Positions 1 to 8,327 of a stretch of 32,000 nucleotides of DNA are shown here, piece after piece (within the stretch, counting starts at the first letter, position 1; each line of letters starts with the position of its first letter). Source of the DNA: Prevotella phage Lak-C1; the sequence record MK250029.1; one strand, 5' to 3'. Made by a program: the position numbers and the translations under genes. The notes under the pieces are model-generated. The model did not search any database and was not told the DNA's origin. It saw only the letters and a program-made list of their open reading frames with translations.

Positions 1-310
1 TATCATCTACAAATAAAGCTTCAAGAATATTAGGATTTGCCTTTACAAGTAATGATATAAATTTATTAAGTTCATACCATTTATTATCATTCTTTGAATC
101 TGCGATTTCTTCTTTGTATGTATTATAACCAAGAAGTTCTTTAATTGAACAAATGTAAATTCCACCTGAATCAATATCCGAAGTTGGCGTTGAAAGACCA
201 TAGCTGGTACTTCCTCTCACATATTCTATAAGAAGTCTTCCATCATTTCTAATTTTATCGAATTCAGGAATTCCAACTGTTTCTGTTTTAAAATTCTTAT
301 ATGATTTCAT
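1..310 (-). CDS. Predicted nucleotidyltransferase (RlaP / DNA polymerase beta superfamily-like), partial at left edge
   Basis: Reverse-strand reading from ATG at 310: MKSYKNFKTETVGIPEFDKIRNDGRLLIEYVRGSTSYGLSTPTSDIDSGGIYICSIKELLGY...ANPNILEALFVDD. The GS-x-x-YG-x-x-TPTSDID pattern is typical of this family. Open to the window edge. Confidence 0.7.
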   Translation of the reverse strand, partial: MKSYKNFKTETVGIPEFDKIRNDGRLLIEYVRGSTSYGLSTPTSDIDSGGIYICSIKELLGYNTYKEEIADSKNDNKWYELNKFISLLVKANPNILEALFVDD

Positions 311-321
311 ATTTTATAATT

Positions 322-948
322 TTATTTCTTTTCTCTATCTCTGACGGCTTTAAATAATGCGGTTGCCCATGTTTCAAGATCTGATGGATCAACTGGAATA
401 ATATCTCTTGTTAACCATTGTTCTTCTGACATTCCTTCAATATTAATAAAATTATCATGCTTCAGATTTTTAACAACATCTTCTGAATGTGTAATAACAA
501 GAATACCATAATTATTTTTCAATATATCAGGAAATTTTTCATTCAGCATGTTACATACACCTGTTTGAACCTCACGAGACATTCCGATTTCTAATTCATC
601 TATAACTATGAATTTATTTTTAGCATGTGATAACATACCATTCAAAAGATTTATAGTTGAATCAGACGTTGAGCACCAAGGAAGATCATGATTCATATCA
701 GAAAGTGCACTATATTCAGGTCTACTTTCCGTTCTTGTCTGCATAGAAACACTAATAACAGCTTTATTTGCAGAAATATCTTTTTTATTTGAGATATAAA
801 AAGCCAACTGTTTTCTGATAAGAGATTTTCCTAATGCATTACCACCAGTTAAAATAGTTATTTTATCTACTGGAATACTATCACATATATCAAGTATATG
901 ATTTATATGCTTATTTAATGTTTCTTCTGATGTATCTTTATAATTCAT
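322..948 (-). CDS. ABC/RecF-like P-loop ATPase
   Basis: 208 aa; Walker A GGNALGKS, Walker B-like KFIVIDELEIG, and a following ITHSED His switch region. Ends in TAA. Confidence 0.7.
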   Translation of the reverse strand: MNYKDTSEETLNKHINHILDICDSIPVDKITILTGGNALGKSLIRKQLAFYISNKKDISANKAVISVSMQTRTESRPEYSALSDMNHDLPWCSTSDSTINLLNGMLSHAKNKFIVIDELEIGMSREVQTGVCNMLNEKFPDILKNNYGILVITHSEDVVKNLKHDNFINIEGMSEEQWLTRDIIPVDPSDLETWATALFKAVRDREKK

Positions 949-994
949 ATCATTATTATCTTTATTGTATCTTCATATATGTGATTATTTGGTT

Positions 995-1594
995 TTATGG
1001 AACATAAAGCAGTGTAATTCCATCACTATGAATGTCTATAGATTTGAATGTCTTTCTAAATTCATTCATATCAAAACCGGTTGTTAATAGATGACAACCA
1101 TTTTTTGTAGGAACACTCATACGTACTTTTCTAAGTACATATGTTGGCTGAAGATTATTAATTGTAGAAACTACATCATTATAATCATCTGAACCAATAT
1201 CAATACCATCAAGATCTACAAGATATAGTTTATCATTACCATCTTGCTTTCCACATACGCCACATGCTGAATTAAGAGATTTTGACATATGCTTCCAATT
1301 ACCCTTTCTGATTTCCTGTGTAATAAGAGAAATCTGTTCAAGCATAACAGATTGTGCATCAAGACAATTCATCTTAATATATGCACGTGCATTATGCATA
1401 TTACACAATTCAATAATACGTTTTTCGAGTTTCTCATATTGTTCAACACTGAAAACATAAAAGCTTTCAATAGGAATTGAATATGCTTTCATTTCCGGGT
1501 TTTCCTTCTTTCTCTTCAAAATCTGAATGAAATAAAATGAGCGTTCATTTTGAAACTCAAGATGATTCTTAATAAGTTCGAAATTGTTTACCAT
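995..1594 (-). CDS. Conserved phage-type hypothetical protein, possibly primase/AEP-like fold
   Basis: 199-aa ORF ending in TAA. LYLVDLDGID followed by PTKNGCHLLTTGFD and DGITLLYVP loosely resembles AEP-type D-x-D and GxH arrangements. The functional part is a weak inference. Confidence 0.4.
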   Translation of the reverse strand: MVNNFELIKNHLEFQNERSFYFIQILKRKKENPEMKAYSIPIESFYVFSVEQYEKLEKRIIELCNMHNARAYIKMNCLDAQSVMLEQISLITQEIRKGNWKHMSKSLNSACGVCGKQDGNDKLYLVDLDGIDIGSDDYNDVVSTINNLQPTYVLRKVRMSVPTKNGCHLLTTGFDMNEFRKTFKSIDIHSDGITLLYVP

Positions 1595-1595
1595 A

Positions 1596-1886
1596 TTATT
1601 TTTTATATTTAGAAAGTTCTTCTTTTAATCTGTTAATCTCATTTACCATATTATAGTATTCCTTATATGGTATAATTTTAAGTTTACCTTGATTTGACTT
1701 TGTTGTAAATTTCTCTGTTTCAAGTCTGAAATGACTATTCACACGTTCTGCTTCTGCTGATGCATCTCTCTCATTTTCATTTAAAAATAAGCGGACTTTT
1801 TTTACATCTGCAACAGCTGTACTTTGATAATCGGTATCCCAATCATTATGAATGTAAGTATCGATTGCTACATATCCATATACCAT
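1596..1886 (-). CDS. Small hypothetical protein (96 aa)
   Basis: Standard-code ORF packed next to the upstream gene, ends in TAA, with the recurrent promoter motif just upstream. Confidence 0.55.
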   Translation of the reverse strand: MVYGYVAIDTYIHNDWDTDYQSTAVADVKKVRLFLNENERDASAEAERVNSHFRLETEKFTTKSNQGKLKIIPYKEYYNMVNEINRLKEELSKYKK

Positions 1887-1924
1887 ATTATTTCTTATTT
1901 AATTATTATTGTTATTAACTAATA

Positions 1925-1957
1925 CAAAGATACATATTTTCCATGAAATAAAAAAAT
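1925..1957 (-). promoter_or_regulatory. Putative phage promoter P1
   Basis: Minus-strand ATTTTTTTATTT-N13-TATCTTTG (plus strand CAAAGATA 1925-1932 and AAATAAAAAAAT 1946-1957), upstream of the gene starting at 1886. Confidence 0.7.
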
Positions 1958-2068
1958 AATATATATAAAAAATAAATATTTCTCCTGTATCGCATTATTT
2001 TTAACTTACCTTAATACTTTACTATATAAGATATTTGGATGCGATACAGAAGAAATATGATATGAAAT

Positions 2069-2380
2069 TTAAGATTCTATGTCATCATCGTCATCATCTA
2101 CTTTAGATGTATCAACTAATTTGACATTATCAGTATTCATAATTGCAATAGTGTGAGGTTCTCTAAAATTACGACCTTTATAATTTGAATCATATTCACA
2201 AATAACAGGTTCTGTATTTTTATCTCGTGTGAATCTATTAGGCATAAAACATGGATCAATTCGTACTTTACCTGATGGCATAAATCCAACTACAACTCCT
2301 ACACGAGCCTCTGCATAACCTGGGTCACCATATGCCACAAAATCTCCAATTTTAATTTCTCTATCTAAAATATCCTTCAT
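2069..2380 (-). CDS. Small hypothetical protein (103 aa) with acidic C-terminus, possible SH3/KOW-like fold
   Basis: ORF with EIKIGDFVAYGDPGYAEARVGVVVGFMPSGKVRI and tail DDDDDDIES, ending in TAA. Confidence 0.5.
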   Translation of the reverse strand: MKDILDREIKIGDFVAYGDPGYAEARVGVVVGFMPSGKVRIDPCFMPNRFTRDKNTEPVICEYDSNYKGRNFREPHTIAIMNTDNVKLVDTSKVDDDDDDIES

Positions 2381-2407
2381 ATAAAAATAATTTAAAAAAT
2401 ATTAAAA

Positions 2408-2457
2408 AATACAAACAAACACTGTGCTTTTCCATATAATTAATGTTTGTTTGTATT
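2408..2457. repeat. 14-bp perfect inverted repeat with 22-nt loop
   Basis: AATACAAACAAACA (2408-2421) and TGTTTGTTTGTATT (2444-2457) in the intergenic region 2381-2507. Confidence 0.8.
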
Positions 2458-2507
2458 AAATGTTTCTAATCTAAAAATATAATATTAAATTTAAGGTAAT
2501 AAGGTAT

Positions 2508-2870
2508 TTAAGAAATTTCATATTTATATTCTACCGTAAACTCAGATGATTCATAATCATTATCTAGTTTATCCCAACAATAAGGATTATCTGCAAAATC
2601 ATCTGCTAAATGATGTTTACAATATGAATCTTTTAATGTTTCATTTGGAAGAATAATATTAATTCTTACATTATTTTCATCATCTGTATGTTGTACATAC
2701 AAATATGAACCAGTTTCTTTATGCATATAAAGAAGATTATTATACCATGATATATTATCACAATATACAAGTTCCTTTCGATTAATGATAATATTTGTAC
2801 CTGCAGGATAATCATTACCATTAATTAGTGCTCTAAGTAACTTAGCTAATGTTATAGTATTCATAATCAA
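2508..2870 (-). CDS. Small hypothetical protein (120 aa)
   Basis: Standard-code ORF in a compact same-strand array, ends in TAA. Confidence 0.5.
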   Translation of the reverse strand: MIMNTITLAKLLRALINGNDYPAGTNIIINRKELVYCDNISWYNNLLYMHKETGSYLYVQHTDDENNVRINIILPNETLKDSYCKHHLADDFADNPYCWDKLDNDYESSEFTVEYKYEIS

Positions 2871-2878
2871 TTATTATT

Positions 2879-3097
2879 TTAACAATATTCAGATGCTTCA
2901 TGTTCAGCATTATCATAACCATCATTATATGCTAAACCATAAATTTCAGAAACAATATTTGCTATTTTATCAATATCTGTTTCTTTAATTTTTAATTTTG
3001 ATAACAATGGTAACATCTCTTTATGAAACTTATCAGATGCCTCACATTTACCAAAGAAGTCACCAGAACCGATATAATATGTTTTATTTTTATTCAT
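2879..3097 (-). CDS. Small hypothetical protein (72 aa)
   Basis: Compact ORF immediately downstream of promoter motif P2. Confidence 0.5.
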   Translation of the reverse strand: MNKNKTYYIGSGDFFGKCEASDKFHKEMLPLLSKLKIKETDIDKIANIVSEIYGLAYNDGYDNAEHEASEYC

Positions 3098-3127
3098 AAT
3101 TTATTTTATCTTTATTAATTTACATAA

Positions 3128-3160
3128 CAAAGATACACATATTTTATGAAATAAAAAAAT
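3128..3160 (-). promoter_or_regulatory. Putative phage promoter P2
   Basis: CAAAGATA 3128-3135 and AAATAAAAAAAT 3149-3160 on the plus strand, same 13-nt spacing as P1. Confidence 0.7.
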
Positions 3161-3372
3161 TAAATGATAGAATCATCTTCATCTTGTTCAACTTTATATG
3201 TATATCTTGGGTCAAATGGTTCTGCATAATTAAGATCTACACACATTACATATATCATAATAAATGGAAATGGAATAATTAAACCGAGATAATATAGTAT
3301 CTGCTGCAAACGGTAAATCAATACATCATTCCATTTGTACTTCTGTTTGTCCTTTGTTTTTATTAGTCTCAT
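3160..3372 (-). CDS. Small predicted membrane protein (70 aa)
   Basis: One hydrophobic segment (ILYYLGLIIPFPFIMIYVMCV) and an acidic tail. Overlaps the 3326-3676 ORF, so an internal start is possible. Confidence 0.4.
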   Translation of the reverse strand: MRLIKTKDKQKYKWNDVLIYRLQQILYYLGLIIPFPFIMIYVMCVDLNYAEPFDPRYTYKVEQDEDDSII

Positions 3373-3676
3373 TTTCTTCTTTCATCTTTTTCATTGCTAC
3401 AAATATCTCACATAATGATGCAAGTTGATTTTCATGATCATGTTCAAATGATATAAATTCTCGGCATTCTTTTTCTTTAATATCAGGAAACATATAAGAA
3501 GGTATTTCACCACCTAATTGTCTGGAAAGTTCCCATTTCCCTGTTGAATTATTAAATATAGGAGTATCATAAAATACATGAAGTTTTCCATATAGTTCTA
3601 ATTCATCATGAAATTTAGGATGTTCACCGCGTTCATCACGTGCTAAATAAATTGATAGAACTTTATTTTTACTCAT
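3326..3676 (-). CDS. Small hypothetical protein (116 aa)
   Basis: Standard-code ORF, TGA stop, in the compact array. Confidence 0.5.
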   Translation of the reverse strand: MSKNKVLSIYLARDERGEHPKFHDELELYGKLHVFYDTPIFNNSTGKWELSRQLGGEIPSYMFPDIKEKECREFISFEHDHENQLASLCEIFVAMKKMKEENETNKNKGQTEVQME

Positions 3677-3683
3677 AATTGTA

Positions 3684-3950
3684 TTATTTTAGTTTACGAC
3701 CACAAATTGGACAATAATTGATATTTAATTCAACATCAAAATCATAACTATATGCATTTGATTTATGATGCATTATTAATGTATTTGTATCTGTATTGAT
3801 ATGCATAGATGAAAAATCGTCATCAGAAATTATATCAAGTTGTGTTATATCTATATTATCAACTTTCTTATATTTCGGCAATCCTCTGCGACTATAACCA
3901 TCAAATACTTCTTTAAGACCAATCTTAGTCTTTTCACAATATTTACACAT
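3684..3950 (-). CDS. Small protein with paired CxxC motifs (zinc-ribbon-like, 88 aa)
   Basis: MCKYCEKTK...CPICGRKLK: N-terminal CxxC and C-terminal CxxC. Confidence 0.6.
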   Translation of the reverse strand: MCKYCEKTKIGLKEVFDGYSRRGLPKYKKVDNIDITQLDIISDDDFSSMHINTDTNTLIMHHKSNAYSYDFDVELNINYCPICGRKLK

Positions 3951-3960
3951 TACTTATAAA

Positions 3961-4332
3961 TTATTTAGTCCAACCATAAATATACCCATATGTATTTCTA
4001 CATACATCTGAATATTTTGTATCTATAATTTTATGATAATTTATAAAATCATTGTCTGATATATATTCTGTTTCATACCAAAAATTACAATCATTTCCAT
4101 CACTACACTGATAATGATGTTCAATCATATTTTTATCTGAATTCCATTTTAATGAATCACCATAATTATATAAAGTTTTATTTGTTTCCTTTAAATAAGA
4201 AACAATTTCTTCCCATGCTTTGAAACCTTTTGTTTTCCAAAACATTTCTTCTTCTTTTTTCTGCTGAATCTTTACTTTCTCTTCTTCTCGATCAAAAGAT
4301 TCCTTAAGCTGTGATAAAATAATATTATCCAT
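3961..4332 (-). CDS. Small hypothetical protein (123 aa)
   Basis: Compact standard-code ORF on the minus strand. Confidence 0.5.
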   Translation of the reverse strand: MDNIILSQLKESFDREEEKVKIQQKKEEEMFWKTKGFKAWEEIVSYLKETNKTLYNYGDSLKWNSDKNMIEHHYQCSDGNDCNFWYETEYISDNDFINYHKIIDTKYSDVCRNTYGYIYGWTK

Positions 4333-4534
4333 TTGTTACATTTTTAGATTCAACAATAAAACCGTTTCCGATTTCTCTTGCAACACGAGATGCATACTCA
4401 ATGTTATTGTAAATTCCGTAATACCAGTTACCATCAGGACATTCCCTTGCAACTGTATATCTATAATCATTAATATATTCAGAAAATCTTGCTGGAAGAT
4501 TCTTAATAATATGTCTTGGATCAATATTTGCCAT
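4325..4534 (-). CDS. Small hypothetical protein (69 aa)
   Basis: Compact ORF overlapping its neighbour by a few bases, downstream of promoter P3. The alternative-frame ORF 4336-4524 is judged spurious. Confidence 0.5.
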   Translation of the reverse strand: MANIDPRHIIKNLPARFSEYINDYRYTVARECPDGNWYYGIYNNIEYASRVAREIGNGFIVESKNVTNG

Positions 4535-4563
4535 AATTTTATATTTTTAAATTTTTTATATTA

Positions 4564-4596
4564 CAAAGATACACATTTGTTTTTAAATAAAAAAAT
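4564..4596 (-). promoter_or_regulatory. Putative phage promoter P3
   Basis: CAAAGATA 4564-4571 and AAATAAAAAAAT 4585-4596, 13-nt spacer. Confidence 0.7.
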
Positions 4597-5537
4597 TATT
4601 CTGGAAAAACTTCTATATTTTTTAAATTCCTAAAATCTGATACATTATATTTTAATGTTAACTTAATCACATTTCCATATAATACGCAGTTACCTCTTGA
4701 TATTTCTACATTTCTTGAACTTTGACAAAATATTCCAGCACCATCATTATATCGTTCACATCTAATTAATCTTGCATGTTCACGTAATGCTTTATCAGAA
4801 TATAAACAATTTACAGTATTACCTAAATTATCTCTTAATATAAATGAGAAATAACCTAATCTTGTAATTGTGTTTACTGCTTCATTAAATTTATTAATCT
4901 GAAATTTAACATACTCATTTGACATATCATAATGTTTGTATGCATCGGACAATGCTTTATTATATACATTTTGAAATGTATTTTGTTGTATAATATTATC
5001 TGTACATTTAATACTAATATTAAGAATTACTTTATTTCCATATATAACTGGTTCATCAACATCCAATTTATAATTATAACATTGTGTTGAAATATCTGTA
5101 AGTTTCTCTAATACATGATTGAATGAAATATGTACACTTTCATTATTAGAACCTGTTACTTCATTATTTGCTATTAATGAAGAACCATTTATGGAAACAG
5201 ATGAACCATGATTATTAACATATTTGTTTAACTTATCAACAGATACAATAACATTCAGTTTAATTGTTTTTGTTGATTCATTATATTCTATTTCTTTATA
5301 TGACTTAATATAACCATTTGTGATCATTACAGTTTCATCTGTAAATAAGTCTTCTGTATTAATTGATGAACGTGATGATATATAAGTTCCATATGCATCT
5401 GCAAGAGCAAATCTCAATGCAGATAAAGTAGCTTCTTGCTTATTCTTACCAGTACCGCAAGATTTTACCAAAACATCATTACAATAACAATTAATACATG
5501 TTATATAAAGAAATAAAAATATAATGAATCGTTTCAT
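4596..5537 (-). CDS. Secreted/periplasmic protein, FlgT/LPP20-like 'GTGxNKxEATxxALRxAL' domain
   Basis: Signal-peptide-like N-terminus MKRFIIFLFLYITCINCYC, then VKSCGTGKNKQEATLSALRFALADAYGTYISS and GYIKSYKEI...TIKLNVIVSVDKLNKY, typical of secreted Bacteroidota proteins. Confidence 0.6.
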   Translation of the reverse strand: MKRFIIFLFLYITCINCYCNDVLVKSCGTGKNKQEATLSALRFALADAYGTYISSRSSINTEDLFTDETVMITNGYIKSYKEIEYNESTKTIKLNVIVSVDKLNKYVNNHGSSVSINGSSLIANNEVTGSNNESVHISFNHVLEKLTDISTQCYNYKLDVDEPVIYGNKVILNISIKCTDNIIQQNTFQNVYNKALSDAYKHYDMSNEYVKFQINKFNEAVNTITRLGYFSFILRDNLGNTVNCLYSDKALREHARLIRCERYNDGAGIFCQSSRNVEISRGNCVLYGNVIKLTLKYNVSDFRNLKNIEVFPE

Positions 5538-5541
5538 AACT

Positions 5542-6087
5542 TTACTTTTTTAATTTAATAAAATATATATAAATATCAGAATTTTTAGCTGATACTTTCT
5601 TTAACATCTGCAAATGACTAACTTCACCCATTGATGTTTGAACAATTTCATCTGTAAATATATAATTATCAAAATTATGTGAATTTTCATTCATATTAAC
5701 TGATGTTACTGCATCAATATCAGAATTATCTGAATTATTATCATCGTTAGAATCTTCTGTATAGAAATTTGATTCCATATTTTCTATATTATATGTAGAA
5801 TAAGATCTGTTTCTTGCTCCACGTAAAAATTCAATAATAGATCTTGTTGCATTCATATGTGCAATACGATCACAATATTCAGGATTTCTGTTATTTGCAA
5901 TTTTAACGACTGATACCAAAACAGGACCATTAGATGTTTTATATACAGAACAACCAGTTACATTATTTTCAACATATTCTGATACTACTTTATTTCGTAG
6001 TAGAATTTTATTCTTTTCAGATAGAACTTGAGAAAAACTAAATGTAAAAGAAAATAAACAAATTAGAAATGATATAATATATTTCAT
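5542..6087 (-). CDS. Secreted/periplasmic hypothetical protein (181 aa)
   Basis: N-terminus MKYIISFLICLFSFTFSFSQ is signal-peptide-like. Internal RIAHMNATRSIIEFLRG resembles the helix of the neighbouring protein. Confidence 0.55.
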   Translation of the reverse strand: MKYIISFLICLFSFTFSFSQVLSEKNKILLRNKVVSEYVENNVTGCSVYKTSNGPVLVSVVKIANNRNPEYCDRIAHMNATRSIIEFLRGARNRSYSTYNIENMESNFYTEDSNDDNNSDNSDIDAVTSVNMNENSHNFDNYIFTDEIVQTSMGEVSHLQMLKKVSAKNSDIYIYFIKLKK

Positions 6088-6139
6088 AATCTTAATTATA
6101 ATTAATGTTATACTATGTTTTACTTAATTTTATTTAATG

Positions 6140-6817
6140 TTACTCATCTTGATTAGGTTCTAAAGGAATTCCTTCGTTCTCTGATTTTTTCTTATCAGAC
6201 TGATACTTATCAAGTTCATCCCATGCATCCATCATATCTCGCTCAAATTCTTTTTCTTTTTTAAGAAGCTGTCTATCCTGTGATTTAATATTACTGATAA
6301 TATTCTCTTTATCATATTTTACGCAAACTTCATACCGATACATTTGCTTATATCGATTATAATACTTTTGACACTTTATAACATTGATACCTTCTACAAT
6401 ACCCTTACATGCATTGACAACCTGTTCACGTGTCTTATTACTGATAGATGAACCATCATCTGTTTCAAGTTCATCATTATACATGTCAATACCATAACGA
6501 ATATACAACTCCATCTTTTTACGAAGATTAGCAGTTGCATGTGTTACTGCTTTATTATATGCAAACATCTCATTTCGAGATTCTGAAATACCATATGCAC
6601 GGATTTCACCTGTTCCTGTTTCAAGAGACAATTGCATAATAGGAGAAATATCTTCTACACTATAACCGTCTGATTGAGGACCATATTCCTCAATATACTT
6701 CTGCAATCTCTGATTCTCTACACGAAGATTGTGAATCTCTGTTGTATCCTTCTTACTAGCATATGTAGTAAGTGTAACAGCAAACATTGTAACTAATACA
6801 AAAATAAACTTTTTCAT
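6140..6817 (-). CDS. Secreted/periplasmic hypothetical protein (225 aa), coiled coil plus charged C-terminus
   Basis: Signal-like MKKFIFVLVTMFAVTLTTYAS, heptad-like EIHNLRVENQRLQKYIEEYG, then ISESRNEMFAYNKAVTHATANLRKKMEL. Confidence 0.55.
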   Translation of the reverse strand: MKKFIFVLVTMFAVTLTTYASKKDTTEIHNLRVENQRLQKYIEEYGPQSDGYSVEDISPIMQLSLETGTGEIRAYGISESRNEMFAYNKAVTHATANLRKKMELYIRYGIDMYNDELETDDGSSISNKTREQVVNACKGIVEGINVIKCQKYYNRYKQMYRYEVCVKYDKENIISNIKSQDRQLLKKEKEFERDMMDAWDELDKYQSDKKKSENEGIPLEPNQDE

Positions 6818-6898
6818 AATTTTTAATAATTTTTAATTAATATTCTTAATATACTCTTTTATATAATCTAACCTTTTTATCTTAATTTAGGTCTAACG

Positions 6899-6931
6899 CA
6901 AAGATACACCTAAAAATTTAAATAAAAAAAT
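6899..6931 (-). promoter_or_regulatory. Putative phage promoter P4 (drives the secreted-protein trio)
   Basis: CAAAGATA 6899-6906 and AAATAAAAAAAT 6920-6931, 13-nt spacer, upstream of the gene starting at 6817. Confidence 0.7.
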
Positions 6932-6978
6932 ATATTCTATATAAATTTAATATAAATAAGAAAAATATTTTTTGATAC

Positions 6979-7935
6979 ATGGAACGATTATATAATAATT
7001 TAATTAAATGTATATCAATATCAGTAAAGTAGGCAATAGAAGAATCGATAGGAACATTACAAATAGATAATAACATTGATAAAATTTATAATGATATAGA
7101 AAATCATATATATAAAAATAATAAAATAAACTATAATGATTATAAAAATATTATATAGTTTAATGAACATGATAATTTATATATGTTAACATATAATGAT
7201 ATATGTAATATAAAGAATTTATAGATTATTATATGTGAAAATCCAGATATTATGTATACAGAAGCAGCAGCATTAATAGATAATAAAGAATATACAATTT
7301 TAGGTTCAGATGAAATTATATTAGCAACATTAATTATATATAATCCAGATGAATTGCGGTTCTTAAAGAATCATTTATATCATGAAATAAAACATTATTA
7401 TGATACATTTAAACATATAAATTCATATAGCGGTTATGATAGGGGTATTAATTATCTATTAAATAAAGAACAGAAAGATAATAAAACATATAATATTAAT
7501 TTTTTGCAATTTAAAAAGATGTTAATGAATAATAATATACCATATCCTTTATTATAGCAAGCTATATTATCTCAATTATATTATCTAGATAAATCAGAAA
7601 TTCGGGCACATACAGAAAATATGTTTGGTGAAATAGATGAGTATTTTAAATATAATAATATAGTAAATAATTCTTTAGAAAATATATCAGAAACATATAA
7701 TTTTTATAAATCAATAAAAGATGTTTTTACATATTACAAAGATAATTTATCAGAAACATATATTAACTGGTTAGTTAAAAATTTTGGTGATGATTTTTAT
7801 GAAATATATTATGGTAAAATAGGACATCCTAAAAGTTTTAATTTTGTGTTTAAAAAAATTATTTATAATTGTAATAAGTTTTTTAAACATGCAGAGCAAA
7901 TGAAAATATATTGTAAAAATAAGTATGAAAAGTAA
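6979..7935 (+). CDS. TAG-recoded hypothetical protein (318 aa) with HExxH zincin-like motif
   Basis: Reading TAG as sense from ATG 6979 to TAA 7933-7935 joins track ORFs 7252-7557 and 7621-7935. In-frame TAGs at 7030, 7156, 7222 and 7555. Contains FLKNHLYHEIKHYYDTFKH. Confidence 0.75.
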
Positions 7936-8272
7936 TTCAATTATCATTGACTTTATAGGTGATGATTATATAGAATATTCAGATTTTTGGGAAAATACAT
8001 ATTAGAATTTATCTATAGATTCTCAAATATTATATGATTCATTGCATAGTAATGTTATATACAATATATTTGATGAAATAAAATTATATATAAGAGAAAA
8101 TATTGATCACCTTGATTTAACAATATATGATTATTATCTTTTACATTATTTGATTCCAGATAAAGAATCATTGAAGAAATATGTATTAAATAAAATGGAA
8201 AATATAACAGATAATGTTATTGATGATGTATTTAATAAAATAGAAGAACTTAAAAATAAACAAGAAAATTAA
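7925..8272 (+). CDS. TAG-recoded hypothetical protein (115 aa)
   Basis: MKSNSIIIDFIGDDYIEYSDFWENTYQNLSIDSQILYDSLHSNVIYN... with TAG at 8003-8005. Starts inside the end of the previous gene, extending track ORF 8042-8272. Confidence 0.65.
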
Positions 8273-8327
8273 GCAATTTAATAATTAAGATATATAATAA
8301 AAAGTAATTTTTGATTAAATAAGATTT

